Assembly: GCA_964291675.2 (NCBI GenBank)
Contig: OZ219866.1
Location: 64,001-128,000, forward strand
Length of the DNA stretch: 64,000 nt
Reading direction: 5' to 3'
Source of the DNA: Alphaproteobacteria bacterium
GTDB lineage: Bacteria; Pseudomonadota; Alphaproteobacteria; MPNO01
Shown: in pieces, positions 49,456 through 58,088 of the stretch
Position numbering within the stretch: position 1 is the first letter of the stretch
How the letters are laid out: each line of letters begins with the position of its first letter
Program-made: the position numbers and the translations under genes
Notes under the pieces: generated by a model
Database searches by the model: none
What the model was told of the DNA's origin: nothing
The model's input: only the letters and a program-made list of their open reading frames with translations

Positions 49456-50727
49456 TCAGGCGAGTACCAGCCTGTCGAAGTCTATCGCTCCTCCCTCCGC
49501 AAGACACTTCAGGATACCTCGGCGGCACAGGTCACGGCCTTCATTGAAATTCTCCACATCCGATGACGATGGTTCGGAGTTGCGGTTGGCATGGACTACG
49601 TCCGACGCCTTGCCGTAGACCTTGTGGAGGAGCTTCCGGTAGCGAAGGCGCTCCTCAAAGCCGTTACCCAGATGCAGCGCTCCGTGGATCGATAGCCGGA
49701 ACTGCAACTCCCGGCCGTCGGCGTACAGAGCCTCCAAAGCGATCCTGAGGTCCACCAAGCGGTCGTTGTACGGCGCGCTGTCGTCACGCGCCTCGCGCCA
49801 GCGGTGAATCGCCGTGTCCAGCCGGTGGGCTCCCGCCGCCTCGCGATGTCTGTAGATGCTCGCCGCCTCGCTCAGCTTGTCCGCCGAGAGTTCGACGTAT
49901 GCCCCGCTGTGCGATGGAATGCCGTGGAATGACATGTTCGTAGGCTGGCAGACCTCCCGCAGTTCCTCACCGTAGTCCCACCAGCACGCTGTCCATCGAA
50001 CGCATTGGTCGTGAGCCAGCGACAGCGCCTCACAGAACCTGTCGATGTCGAAGTCGGGTATGGCGACCTGACGTTCGGGCGGCCAGGGCGCCGAATCGGC
50101 CACGGGTTTGCAGATTCCAGGCAAGGCCGACTGGTACTCGACAGTCAGGAGGACCTTCCCAAGGTACAAGTCGTAGGACTGAAGGAATGCGGCCGCCATC
50201 TCCGGGTACAGGCGGACAAGTTCATCCGTGGATCGGGGCATGACGGACAGCCTGAGGCCGTCCTGTCCCCGCACAGTCGCGGGGCTCCGATCGGCTGGAT
50301 GCGCGTTGAGGAGGTACAGCTTCCAGTACGAAAAAAGCTCACCGCCCATCCATCGGTGCAGCTCGTTGACCACCCACTCTGGTCCCAGGATCGCGCCGCT
50401 GCGAAGCAAGTGCTTGGCAAGTGCATTGAGTGGAATACTTGAGTGTCCCTGAACCGGGAGAATGAGGCCGAACCCGATGTGGTCCTCGTCGTCCAGATAG
50501 TCGGCGAGAAGATTGCGTAGCGCGTCGACCAGTTCAACCATGGCGGGATGGGTGTGTTCGATGTCGGTAATCAGGGCCCGGGGGCGAAGACCCGCCTGGT
50601 AACGCGTGCGCAGTGTCGTTGCGTCCACATACGACACCGGCGTCCCGTATTCGACGATGCCGAACCGGCATTGCGCGACGGCGGCCGCGAACAGTTCTGT
50701 TATCTCCGCGCGAGTGGGAATGGCCAT
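49456..50727 (-). CDS. ApeA-like HEPN domain protein
   Basis: C-terminal DLRIALEALY...ELQFRL...YGKASDVVH; lower GC than the backbone. Confidence 0.7.
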   Translation of the reverse strand: MAIPTRAEITELFAAAVAQCRFGIVEYGTPVSYVDATTLRTRYQAGLRPRALITDIEHTHPAMVELVDALRNLLADYLDDEDHIGFGLILPVQGHSSIPLNALAKHLLRSGAILGPEWVVNELHRWMGGELFSYWKLYLLNAHPADRSPATVRGQDGLRLSVMPRSTDELVRLYPEMAAAFLQSYDLYLGKVLLTVEYQSALPGICKPVADSAPWPPERQVAIPDFDIDRFCEALSLAHDQCVRWTACWWDYGEELREVCQPTNMSFHGIPSHSGAYVELSADKLSEAASIYRHREAAGAHRLDTAIHRWREARDDSAPYNDRLVDLRIALEALYADGRELQFRLSIHGALHLGNGFEERLRYRKLLHKVYGKASDVVHANRNSEPSSSDVENFNEGRDLCRRGILKCLAEGGAIDFDRLVLA

Positions 50728-51048
50728 GACGGTGTCCTCGGATGTTCCCGATCCGGATGGAGTCTCTTACACGGAAGGACGATGGTGGACCAATAGACGA
50801 TGGAGCGCCGCCCGTAGGCACCCGCGCCGCCTTCGGCCGGGGACTCTATCGCCTACGCGGTGCCTGCCCGAAGCTTGTCGGGAAACCCTGCTGACCGCCA
50901 AACGATTCCTCGTTCGCCAGTATCCGTTCGGCGGCCGGGGGATGCGATGCAAGACCGCTCGCTTGGGTCCGCCCCCAGGCACTCTTGATGACCCATCACC
51001 CGGCAGGCGAAGCCGGTTGTTGAAGCGCGATGCCGACCGGAGGTGGTG

Positions 51049-51459
51049 ATGCCCGGTGTCGAGGATCTGTACAGCGCGATCGATGCCGATGACGTCGACC
51101 GGATCGAGCGACTGCTGACGATGTAGCCCGGTTTCGTCAACTCCACCGACGAGGCGCCTCCTCCGATTCACTGGGCGATCTACCGAGACAGACGCGGAGC
51201 GGTGGAGGTGCTTCTGAACCATGGGGCGGATCTCGCGCTGCGGGATCGGGATCGCGATGCAACGCCGCTCGACTATGCGGTCGTGTACGCGCGAAGGGAA
51301 TTTATCGCGTTGTTGATCTCGCGTGGCGCCAACCTCGATAGCGGAATGCAGGTTGCGCTCAAAGGCGCTTCCGGCGGATTCGAGGAATATGCCGAGTTGC
51401 CGGACCGCCGACAGTATGAGACGATTGTTGACCTGCTTCGTGAACTTGGTTCGCCATGA
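51049..51459 (+). pseudogene. Ankyrin-repeat protein with in-frame TAG at 51124
   Basis: GGAGG RBS; PIHWAIY...VEVLLNHGAD and TPLDYAV...LLISRGAN; the frame is continuous across the stop. Confidence 0.75.
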
Positions 51460-51811
51460 CCTCGCGCCCTCCGGCAGGTTCCCCAATGTCAATCTGCAGC
51501 GGAGAGACCGCCCCGATGAACGGTCGCCGACTCGTCAATGCGCGGAGTGCGCCGCCATACCGTCCGCGCCATTGCTCGTCTGCGTCGGCTGAAACCGCGG
51601 TAGTGCCGGGACGGCAGGGCAAGGCTGGCCACCAAGCTCCGGCCGTTGCCGCATCCCCGGGAACCCGAACGCTTACGCCCGGGATAGTACGTGTTCGTTC
51701 AGCGAGTGATGGCGGTGACCAGACCACCGATCCCAACCGCCCGCGATCGGGCAGTACATGAAATCCGCGCCGGCGCGGCGATGTAAGCGATGCCGGAGAG
51801 CCACCCGGCTT

Positions 51812-53392
51812 TCAGCTTGACGGCGGGATGAAGTTCCAGGGCATGAGCTCGTCGATGCAGCTGTTCGGGTGGCCGTTGGCGATGGCTTCAAGGGTGGCCT
51901 TGAGCCAGGCGTAGGGTTCGATGCCGTTCAGTTTCGCGGTCTCGATGAGCGAAGCTATGCGTGCCCATGCGGCGGCGCCTTCGTCGTGACCGGCGAACAA
52001 TGCGTTTTTGCGATTCAGGGCAATCGGCCTGGCGAGATTCTCGACACTGTTGCTGTCCATCTCGACGCGCCCGTCGGCGAGGAAGAGTTGGAGGCCGTCC
52101 CAGTGGCGGGTGATATAGGCGAGCTTCTCGCCGAGCCGCGACTTGGGCGAGACGCGGGCGCGCTGCTGTTTCAGCCAGTCGCCGAAGGCCTGGACCAGGG
52201 GCGCGCTGCGCGCCTGGCGTTCGGCGAGGCGCTGCTCGGGCGCGCCGCCGCGGATCTCGGCCTCGATGGCGTAGAGTTCGGCGATCCGGCGCAGGCCCTC
52301 GGCCGCGATCTCCGAACCGCTGCTGTCGTAGATTTCGCGAAGCCGGCGCCGACAATGCGCCCAACAGTATGCCAGCCGCAGCGGCGCGCCGCCCTTGCGG
52401 CGCAGACCGGTCAGCCGGTTGTAGCCGGCATAGCCATCGACCTGCAGGATACCGTTGAAGCCGTCGAGGAAGCGCTCGGCATATTCACCGCCGCGCCCGG
52501 GCGCGTAGAAGTACACGACGCCCGGCGGATCGGGTCCGCTCCAGGCGCGGTCGTCGCGAGCCAGCGCCCACAGCCAGCCGGTCTTCGTCCTGCCACGGCC
52601 CGGATCGAGCACCGGCGCCCGGGTCTCGTCCATGAACAGCTTCGAAGAGCGTTTGAGATGCTCCGCCAGCCGGTCGGCCACCGGCTTCAGATGGAACGAC
52701 GCCTTGCCGACCCAACCGGCCAAGGTCGAGCGGTCCAGCTCCAGACCCGAGCGGGCGTAGATCTGTACCTGGCGATACAGCGGGGTGTGCTCGGCGTATT
52801 TGGAGACCAGCACATGGGCGATGGCGCCCTCGGTCGGCAGGCCGCCCTCGATCAGCCAGGCCGGCGCCATGGCCTGGGTGACGCCCTGCTCGCAAGTCCG
52901 GCAGGCGTATTTCGGCCGCACCGTGACGATCACCCGCAGCTGCGCCGGCACGATGTCCAGGCGCTCGCTCCGGTCCTCGCCGATCTTCACCATCTCCCCA
53001 CAGCCGCAGGGACAGAGCGTGCTCTCCGGCTCGATCACCTGCTCGATCCGGGGCAGGTGTTCCGGCAAATGGCCGAGATTGCGCGCCGGGCGAGGCCGCT
53101 TCGGCGAGCGGACCGGCGACAGATCTTCCGGCGCCGCTGCGGTCTCCACCTCAGCAGACGCGCCCTCCAGGTCCTCGAACGCCAGCTGGCGTTCGTCCGC
53201 CGACAGCTTCTCCGACCTCTTGCCATACACGACACGCTGTAGTTCGCGCACCAGATGTTCCAGACGACGGATGCGCTCGGACTGCGCCTCGTTCTCGGCC
53301 GTCAGTGTCTCCAGCGCTGCAAGCGCCTGCCTCGCGGCTGCCGCCTGTTCGGGCGTCAGCGTTCCGAGGTCGATCTCCGCAAGCGCTGCCAT
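51812..53392 (-). CDS. tnpC: IS66 transposase
   Basis: YGKRSEK, CPCGC, MDET, LQVDGYAGY, CWAHCRR, RKNALFAG. Confidence 0.95.
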   Translation of the reverse strand: MAALAEIDLGTLTPEQAAAARQALAALETLTAENEAQSERIRRLEHLVRELQRVVYGKRSEKLSADERQLAFEDLEGASAEVETAAAPEDLSPVRSPKRPRPARNLGHLPEHLPRIEQVIEPESTLCPCGCGEMVKIGEDRSERLDIVPAQLRVIVTVRPKYACRTCEQGVTQAMAPAWLIEGGLPTEGAIAHVLVSKYAEHTPLYRQVQIYARSGLELDRSTLAGWVGKASFHLKPVADRLAEHLKRSSKLFMDETRAPVLDPGRGRTKTGWLWALARDDRAWSGPDPPGVVYFYAPGRGGEYAERFLDGFNGILQVDGYAGYNRLTGLRRKGGAPLRLAYCWAHCRRRLREIYDSSGSEIAAEGLRRIAELYAIEAEIRGGAPEQRLAERQARSAPLVQAFGDWLKQQRARVSPKSRLGEKLAYITRHWDGLQLFLADGRVEMDSNSVENLARPIALNRKNALFAGHDEGAAAWARIASLIETAKLNGIEPYAWLKATLEAIANGHPNSCIDELMPWNFIPPSS

Positions 53393-53447
53393 GGCCCGCT
53401 CGATAGCACAGTGTCGGAAGGGAACAGGCCCCGATCAGGAGGATGAG

Positions 53448-53801
53448 TCACTCTGCCTCAGCCGGGCGCCGCGCCGACAGCGCCCGCACACGACGCCAGT
53501 CCAGGCCGGAGAACAGCGCCTCGAACTGCGCATGGCTCAGGGTCATGACACCGTCGCGGATCGCAGGCCATACAAAGCCCTGCTCCTCCAAGCGCTTGTA
53601 AACCATGACCAACCCGGTCCCGTCCCAGTAAACGAGCTTCAGCCTGTCAGCTCGCTTCGCCCTGAACGCAAAGACCGTTCCCGTGAACGGGTCCTTGCGC
53701 AACACGCTCTTTACATGCGCGACAAGGCCGTCGTGTTGGCGACGGAAGTCGACGGGCTTCGTCGCGACAACGATCCGTACCCGGTTCGACGGGAAGATCA
53801 T
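53448..53801 (-). CDS. tnpB: IS66 accessory protein
   Basis: PVDFR, DRLKLVYWDGTG, KRLE.G.FVWP. Confidence 0.95.
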   Translation of the reverse strand: MIFPSNRVRIVVATKPVDFRRQHDGLVAHVKSVLRKDPFTGTVFAFRAKRADRLKLVYWDGTGLVMVYKRLEEQGFVWPAIRDGVMTLSHAQFEALFSGLDWRRVRALSARRPAEAE

Positions 53802-54190
53802 GACGCTGCATTCAGCGCAGAGACGATCTCCGCCAGACGGCCCGCCGGCGTCCCGGCGTCGAGCCGGACCGTAACCCTCTCGAGAACCACTTCCAGACGC
53901 GCACTGCTCGCCTCGGCGACACCGTTCCCCTCCGCCCGGACCACCAGAGGCGCAAACTCCACTGCCTCGTCCGCCGCAGGCAAAACCAGACGGCCTTCCC
54001 GCGCCATGCGACGCCAGTCCGACAGATGGTTCGGGCGAATATCGTAACGCCGTGCTACCGAGGCCACCCTCGCGCCTGGCTCAAGCGTCTCCGCAACAAT
54101 CCGTGCCTTCAACTCGTCCGGCCAGCGACGGCGGCCCTTCACTCCACCAATCACCTCGACCGGGCTGAGAAACTCCGCAGTGCGCTCCAT
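53798..54190 (-). CDS. tnpA: IS66 HTH accessory protein
   Basis: RRRWPDELKARIVAETLEPGA.VA.VARRY. Confidence 0.93.
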   Translation of the reverse strand: MERTAEFLSPVEVIGGVKGRRRWPDELKARIVAETLEPGARVASVARRYDIRPNHLSDWRRMAREGRLVLPAADEAVEFAPLVVRAEGNGVAEASSARLEVVLERVTVRLDAGTPAGRLAEIVSALNAAS

Positions 54191-54410
54191 GGAGAAACTC
54201 CCCTACGTCCTCCCGAACGTAGCGGAGTCTCAAATCCTGACACCGAGCGGAAGGTGCCCCCGCCGCATCGCTTACGCGGCGATCGCATCACCCAATGACC
54301 GAACGAACACCCGGGATATCCTGGCAGGCGCCGCATGCGCCGCCTCCCGTTCGAATCAAATTGTTTGCCAATAGTTTGCCAACTGACCGAATCTGCCCAA
54401 GCCGAAATAG

Positions 54411-54449
54411 AAAAGCCCCCGAAAACGTCAGTGTTTTCAGGGGCTTCTT
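54411..54449 (-). terminator. Terminator-like hairpin downstream of the tRNA fragment
   Basis: AAGCCCC.GAAAAC/GTTTTC.GGGGCTT stem with a T run on the minus strand. Confidence 0.6.
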
Positions 54450-54494
54450 TGGTTGCGGGGGTAGGATTTGAACCTACGACCTTCAGGTTATGAG
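54450..54494 (-). other. att core: 3' half of initiator tRNA-Met(CAT), not a complete tRNA
   Basis: Minus strand CTCATAACCTGAAGGTCGTAGGTTCAAATCCTACCCCCGCAACCA; the 5' half is absent; integrase starts 165 bp away. Confidence 0.9.
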
Positions 54495-54659
54495 TTTGGC
54501 TTGAGTTCGTGGGCTGGAGGTGTCCCGGGGTCTCTGGAGGTTGATTTACCTTGCGTTTCTGCGCTTCCCTCGTGATGCGGAGAGGTCTAGAATGGCCCTG
54601 AGATTACTTTCAGCAGGTACCTATAGGGTACCTGAGGTTAGGACGCAAGGATTATCGCC

Positions 54660-55805
54660 ATGCCGAAGATCACCAAGCGCACCGTCGATGCCCTGAAGCC
54701 TCACGAGCGCGAGCGCGTCGTCTGGGACGACGACCTCAAGGGCTTCGGGGTGAGGGTCCATCCCTCCGGGCGGAAGGTCTTCATCGTCAAGACGCGCTTC
54801 GGCGGCAGAATCATCAAGATGACCATCGGGCCTTGCACGGCCGTTTCCGCCACGTATGCCCGTGTGCGGGCCGCAGAGATCATCACCGACGCGAGGGCCG
54901 GGAAGAACCCTGCGGGGCGCAGGTCCAAGGCGCCCACCATGCGTGACCTGGGGAAACGGTTCCTCAAGGACTATGTGCCCGATCACTGCAAGGCGAGCAC
55001 GGCGGAGGAGTACCGCCGTTCGGTCGAGCTGTTCATCAACCCCCGGATCGGCAACCGCCGGGTGCCGGACGTTCAACGGAGCGACATTGCGACGCTGCAT
55101 CACGATTTGCGGGACACCCCCTATCAGGCCAACCGGACGCTGGGGGTCTTGTCGAAGATGATGAACCTCGCGGAGCTGTGGGAGCTCCGTCCCGACGGCT
55201 CGAACCCGTGCCGTCATGTGAAGAGGTTCAAGGAGGAGAAGCGCGAACGCTTCTTGTCGGACGAGGAGTACCAGCGCCTGGGCGCGGCGCTGAAAGAGAT
55301 CGAGCAGGAGCGCTCTGAGACGGCCTCCGCCATCGCGGCGGTCCGTCTGCTGATGCTGACCGGCTGCCGTCTGTCGGAGATCCAGAAGCTGCGGTGGGAG
55401 CATGTCGATCTGGACGCCGGCGAGCTCCGGCTCACCGATACTAAGACTGGCGCCAAGGTGGTGCATCTCGGCGACCCGGCGATCGCGGTGCTGCGGGGGA
55501 TCGACAGGAAGGAAGACAACCCGTGGGTGATCGCGGGCCGCAAGCCGGGGAGTCACCTAACTGACCTTCAACATCCCTGGCGACGCATCCGCAAGCGCGC
55601 CGGACTCGACGACGTGCGCATCCACGATCTGCGTCACAGCTTTGCCAGCGGCGGGCTGCTGGTCGGCGAGGGTCTGCCCATGATCGGCAAGCTCCTCGGG
55701 CACACCCAGGTCCAGACCACCGCCCGCTACGCGCACCTCGCCAACGATCCCGTCAAGTCGGCCGCGAACCGTATCGCCAGCCGTATCGCCGAGGTGGCGG
55801 GGTGA
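54660..55805 (+). CDS. Tyrosine integrase with N-terminal arm-binding domain
   Basis: WDDDLKGFGVRV.PSG.K, TGCRLSEI, HDLRHSFAS, LLGH, TTARYAH. Confidence 0.95.
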   Translation: MPKITKRTVDALKPHERERVVWDDDLKGFGVRVHPSGRKVFIVKTRFGGRIIKMTIGPCTAVSATYARVRAAEIITDARAGKNPAGRRSKAPTMRDLGKRFLKDYVPDHCKASTAEEYRRSVELFINPRIGNRRVPDVQRSDIATLHHDLRDTPYQANRTLGVLSKMMNLAELWELRPDGSNPCRHVKRFKEEKRERFLSDEEYQRLGAALKEIEQERSETASAIAAVRLLMLTGCRLSEIQKLRWEHVDLDAGELRLTDTKTGAKVVHLGDPAIAVLRGIDRKEDNPWVIAGRKPGSHLTDLQHPWRRIRKRAGLDDVRIHDLRHSFASGGLLVGEGLPMIGKLLGHTQVQTTARYAHLANDPVKSAANRIASRIAEVAG

Positions 55806-56014
55806 GGCCGGAATCCTCGCCTCTATGAGAGGCGGAACGGCCTGACCCGACAGGCGCTTGCGCATCTCTCCGGTGTCGGGGGTGCGGGGGCTGGATTGGA
55901 GGCCGGGAAAGTCCCTGTGGACAAACCGATAAGCAATTGATAGAACAAACTAGGAACATCAAGCGGGACGGTACAATGGTGCGGAAGGGACCTATGTGGT
56001 AGGGGGGTGCCGAC

Positions 56015-56776
56015 ATGGCCGACAATTCCGCGATCGAATGGACGGACGCGACCTGGAACCCGGTGACGGGTTGCACGAAAATCACGCGCGGCTGCGATAA
56101 CTGTTACGCCGCGCGCTTCGCCGAACGTTGGCGGGGCGTTCCGGGTCACCCCTACGAGCAGGGCTTCGACCTGCGCCTCTGGCCGTCGCGGCTTGATCAG
56201 CCGGAGCGCTGGCGCAAGCGACGCATGATCTTCGTCAATTCGATGAGCGACTTGTTTCACAAACGCGTGCCGCGCGCGTTTATCGACGATGTATTCGACC
56301 GGATGGAAACGACCGACCGCCACGTCTATCAGGTCTTGACGAAGCGGAGTTCGCGTATGCGTGATTACCTGCGCCACAGATATTCCGACGGTGCGGCACC
56401 GGAGCATATCTGGTGCGGCGTATCGGTCGAGGACCGCTTGGGCGGGGCCAGGATTCGGCATCTGCAAGCCGCGCCGGTCACGGTCCGTTTCCTGTCGATA
56501 GAGCCGCTCCTGGGTCCAGTCGGCGAGATCGACCTGGACGGAATTTCCTGGGTCATCGTAGGCGGAGAAAGCGGTCCGAATGCGCGCCCGATAGAATACG
56601 ACTGGGTTTGCGAAATCCGTGACCGGTGCCGCCGCACCGATGTGCCATTCTTTTTCAAGCAATGGGGTGGGCCAACACCCAAGGCCAGAGGCCGCGAGCT
56701 CGAAGGCGTGGAGCACAACGCGATGCCAAGCCAAGCAAGTAAAGAAAGCGGCCATGCCCTTCGAATGGCATCCTGA
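56015..56776 (+). CDS. DUF5131 (phage Gp37/Gp68) family protein
   Basis: IEWTDATWNPVTGC......CDNCYA, FVNSMSDLFH, WVIVGGESG, FFFKQWGG. Confidence 0.93.
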   Translation: MADNSAIEWTDATWNPVTGCTKITRGCDNCYAARFAERWRGVPGHPYEQGFDLRLWPSRLDQPERWRKRRMIFVNSMSDLFHKRVPRAFIDDVFDRMETTDRHVYQVLTKRSSRMRDYLRHRYSDGAAPEHIWCGVSVEDRLGGARIRHLQAAPVTVRFLSIEPLLGPVGEIDLDGISWVIVGGESGPNARPIEYDWVCEIRDRCRRTDVPFFFKQWGGPTPKARGRELEGVEHNAMPSQASKESGHALRMAS

Positions 56777-58004
56777 CGAACCTCCGCCAGAGATCGAGTC
56801 GCACAGCAAGGCAAAGCTGTCTGTCTTGCGCAGTTACCTTCGAGCCTACTTCGACAGACTCAACATCAATCCGAACCGGGACGCGTTCAAGCTGGATCTG
56901 GTCGATGGGTTTGCGGGTGGAGGCCTTTTCCTAGACAACGGTGATCCTCTAGCCGGAACGCCGCTGATCATGCTGGAAGAGGCCTCATCGGCAACCGAGA
57001 GGCTGAACCGAAACCGTATTAAGCGCCTGCATGTCGACTGCAAGTTCTATTTTGTCGACAAGGAAGCAGCGCACACCGACCACCTCCGGAGAGTCCTCAC
57101 CGAACGGGGACAAGAGATCGACGAAGATAGAATCGTTGTCCGAACCGGCCTGTTCGAGAACGAAATCGACGGTATTCTTCAATCGATTCATCGCAGGCAA
57201 CCTCGTGCAGGAAGGGCGATCTTCCTGCTCGATCAAACCGGGTTTTCTCAGATAGAACTGGCGATGGTCTCTCGTATTTTCGCGGAATTGCCGGCTGCGG
57301 AAGTTATTCTGACCTTTGCCGCTGACGCGCTCGTTAACCATCTGTCGGAAACACCGCAGATTGCCAAGGCGGTCGCGCCGTTGCAATTGTCGGAATCCCA
57401 AATCGAAGACCTTATTCGCCTTAGGGACGGCAACGGTGGACGAGCACTCGTTCAAAGACTGTTGCGAGATCACGCCCGCGTGGCAACGGGCGCAACATAT
57501 GACACTCCTTTTTTCATTCGACCGGGACGGTCGCGGCGTGCCCTATGGTTTCTCCACCTGTCCCGCCATCCCACGGCACGCGATGTCATGATTCAGCGGC
57601 ATTGGGATATTCAGAACACGTTCGAGCATTACGGCCCGGGCGATTTCGGCATGCTGGGTTGGGATGCGTTGAAGGATTCGACAACCCTCCCATTGTTCAA
57701 CTTCGATCAGATGAACCTCGAGCAAATGGACGCCCAGCTCTTGGAGTCGCTTCCCAAGGAACTATACGGTCTTGCGTCCGAGCAACCCGTTACCGTCGAT
57801 GCGATGCGGCACGCTCTGGCAAATCGGACAGCCGCTCGCTTTTCCGATTTGGACCGAATCATTCTCCACCTTGCTAGGGAAAGAGAATTCGATATCTTGA
57901 ACCCTGACGGACAAATTCGGTCGCGTTCGCTAACTCGACTGAACCCCACTGATCGAATTGCACTTCCGCTAAACTTGTTGCTGCCCGGGATTTCTCGTCT
58001 GTAG
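56754..58004 (+). CDS. tcmP: Three-Cys-motif partner protein (MTase-like fold + wHTH)
   Basis: HSKAKL.VL..YL, DGFAGGG, GTPL, FLLDQTG; overlaps the DUF5131 gene. Confidence 0.82.
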   Translation: MPFEWHPDEPPPEIESHSKAKLSVLRSYLRAYFDRLNINPNRDAFKLDLVDGFAGGGLFLDNGDPLAGTPLIMLEEASSATERLNRNRIKRLHVDCKFYFVDKEAAHTDHLRRVLTERGQEIDEDRIVVRTGLFENEIDGILQSIHRRQPRAGRAIFLLDQTGFSQIELAMVSRIFAELPAAEVILTFAADALVNHLSETPQIAKAVAPLQLSESQIEDLIRLRDGNGGRALVQRLLRDHARVATGATYDTPFFIRPGRSRRALWFLHLSRHPTARDVMIQRHWDIQNTFEHYGPGDFGMLGWDALKDSTTLPLFNFDQMNLEQMDAQLLESLPKELYGLASEQPVTVDAMRHALANRTAARFSDLDRIILHLAREREFDILNPDGQIRSRSLTRLNPTDRIALPLNLLLPGISRL

Positions 58005-58088
58005 CGATGATCACTAGAGCGTATCCGTTTTAGACGGAACCGTATCCGACGCTTCGGATGTAGTTTGCTGCCGTCCCCACGGACGAGT

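Larger units (their letters stand above)
51783..54275 (-). mobile_element. Complete IS66-family element
   Basis: Terminal IRs GTAAGCGATGC; 8-bp TSD GCGGCGAT at 51775-51782 and 54276-54283; three genes. Confidence 0.97.
1..54449. mobile_element. F-type (MPF_F/MOB_F) conjugative element, probably an ICE; left end lies outside the window
   Basis: Full tra operon, relaxase, T4CP, nic site, AlpA/Xis-like HTH and FseA-like activator; right end abuts a tRNA-derived att core. No rep/par genes seen. Confidence 0.75.

Noticed and set aside
53448-53801. RNA-guided TnpB nuclease
   Set aside because: This is the unrelated 117-aa IS66 accessory TnpB, with no RuvC domain.
54450-54494. Functional tRNA-Met gene
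   Set aside because: The 5' acceptor strand and D-arm are missing; similarity stops at the anticodon loop.
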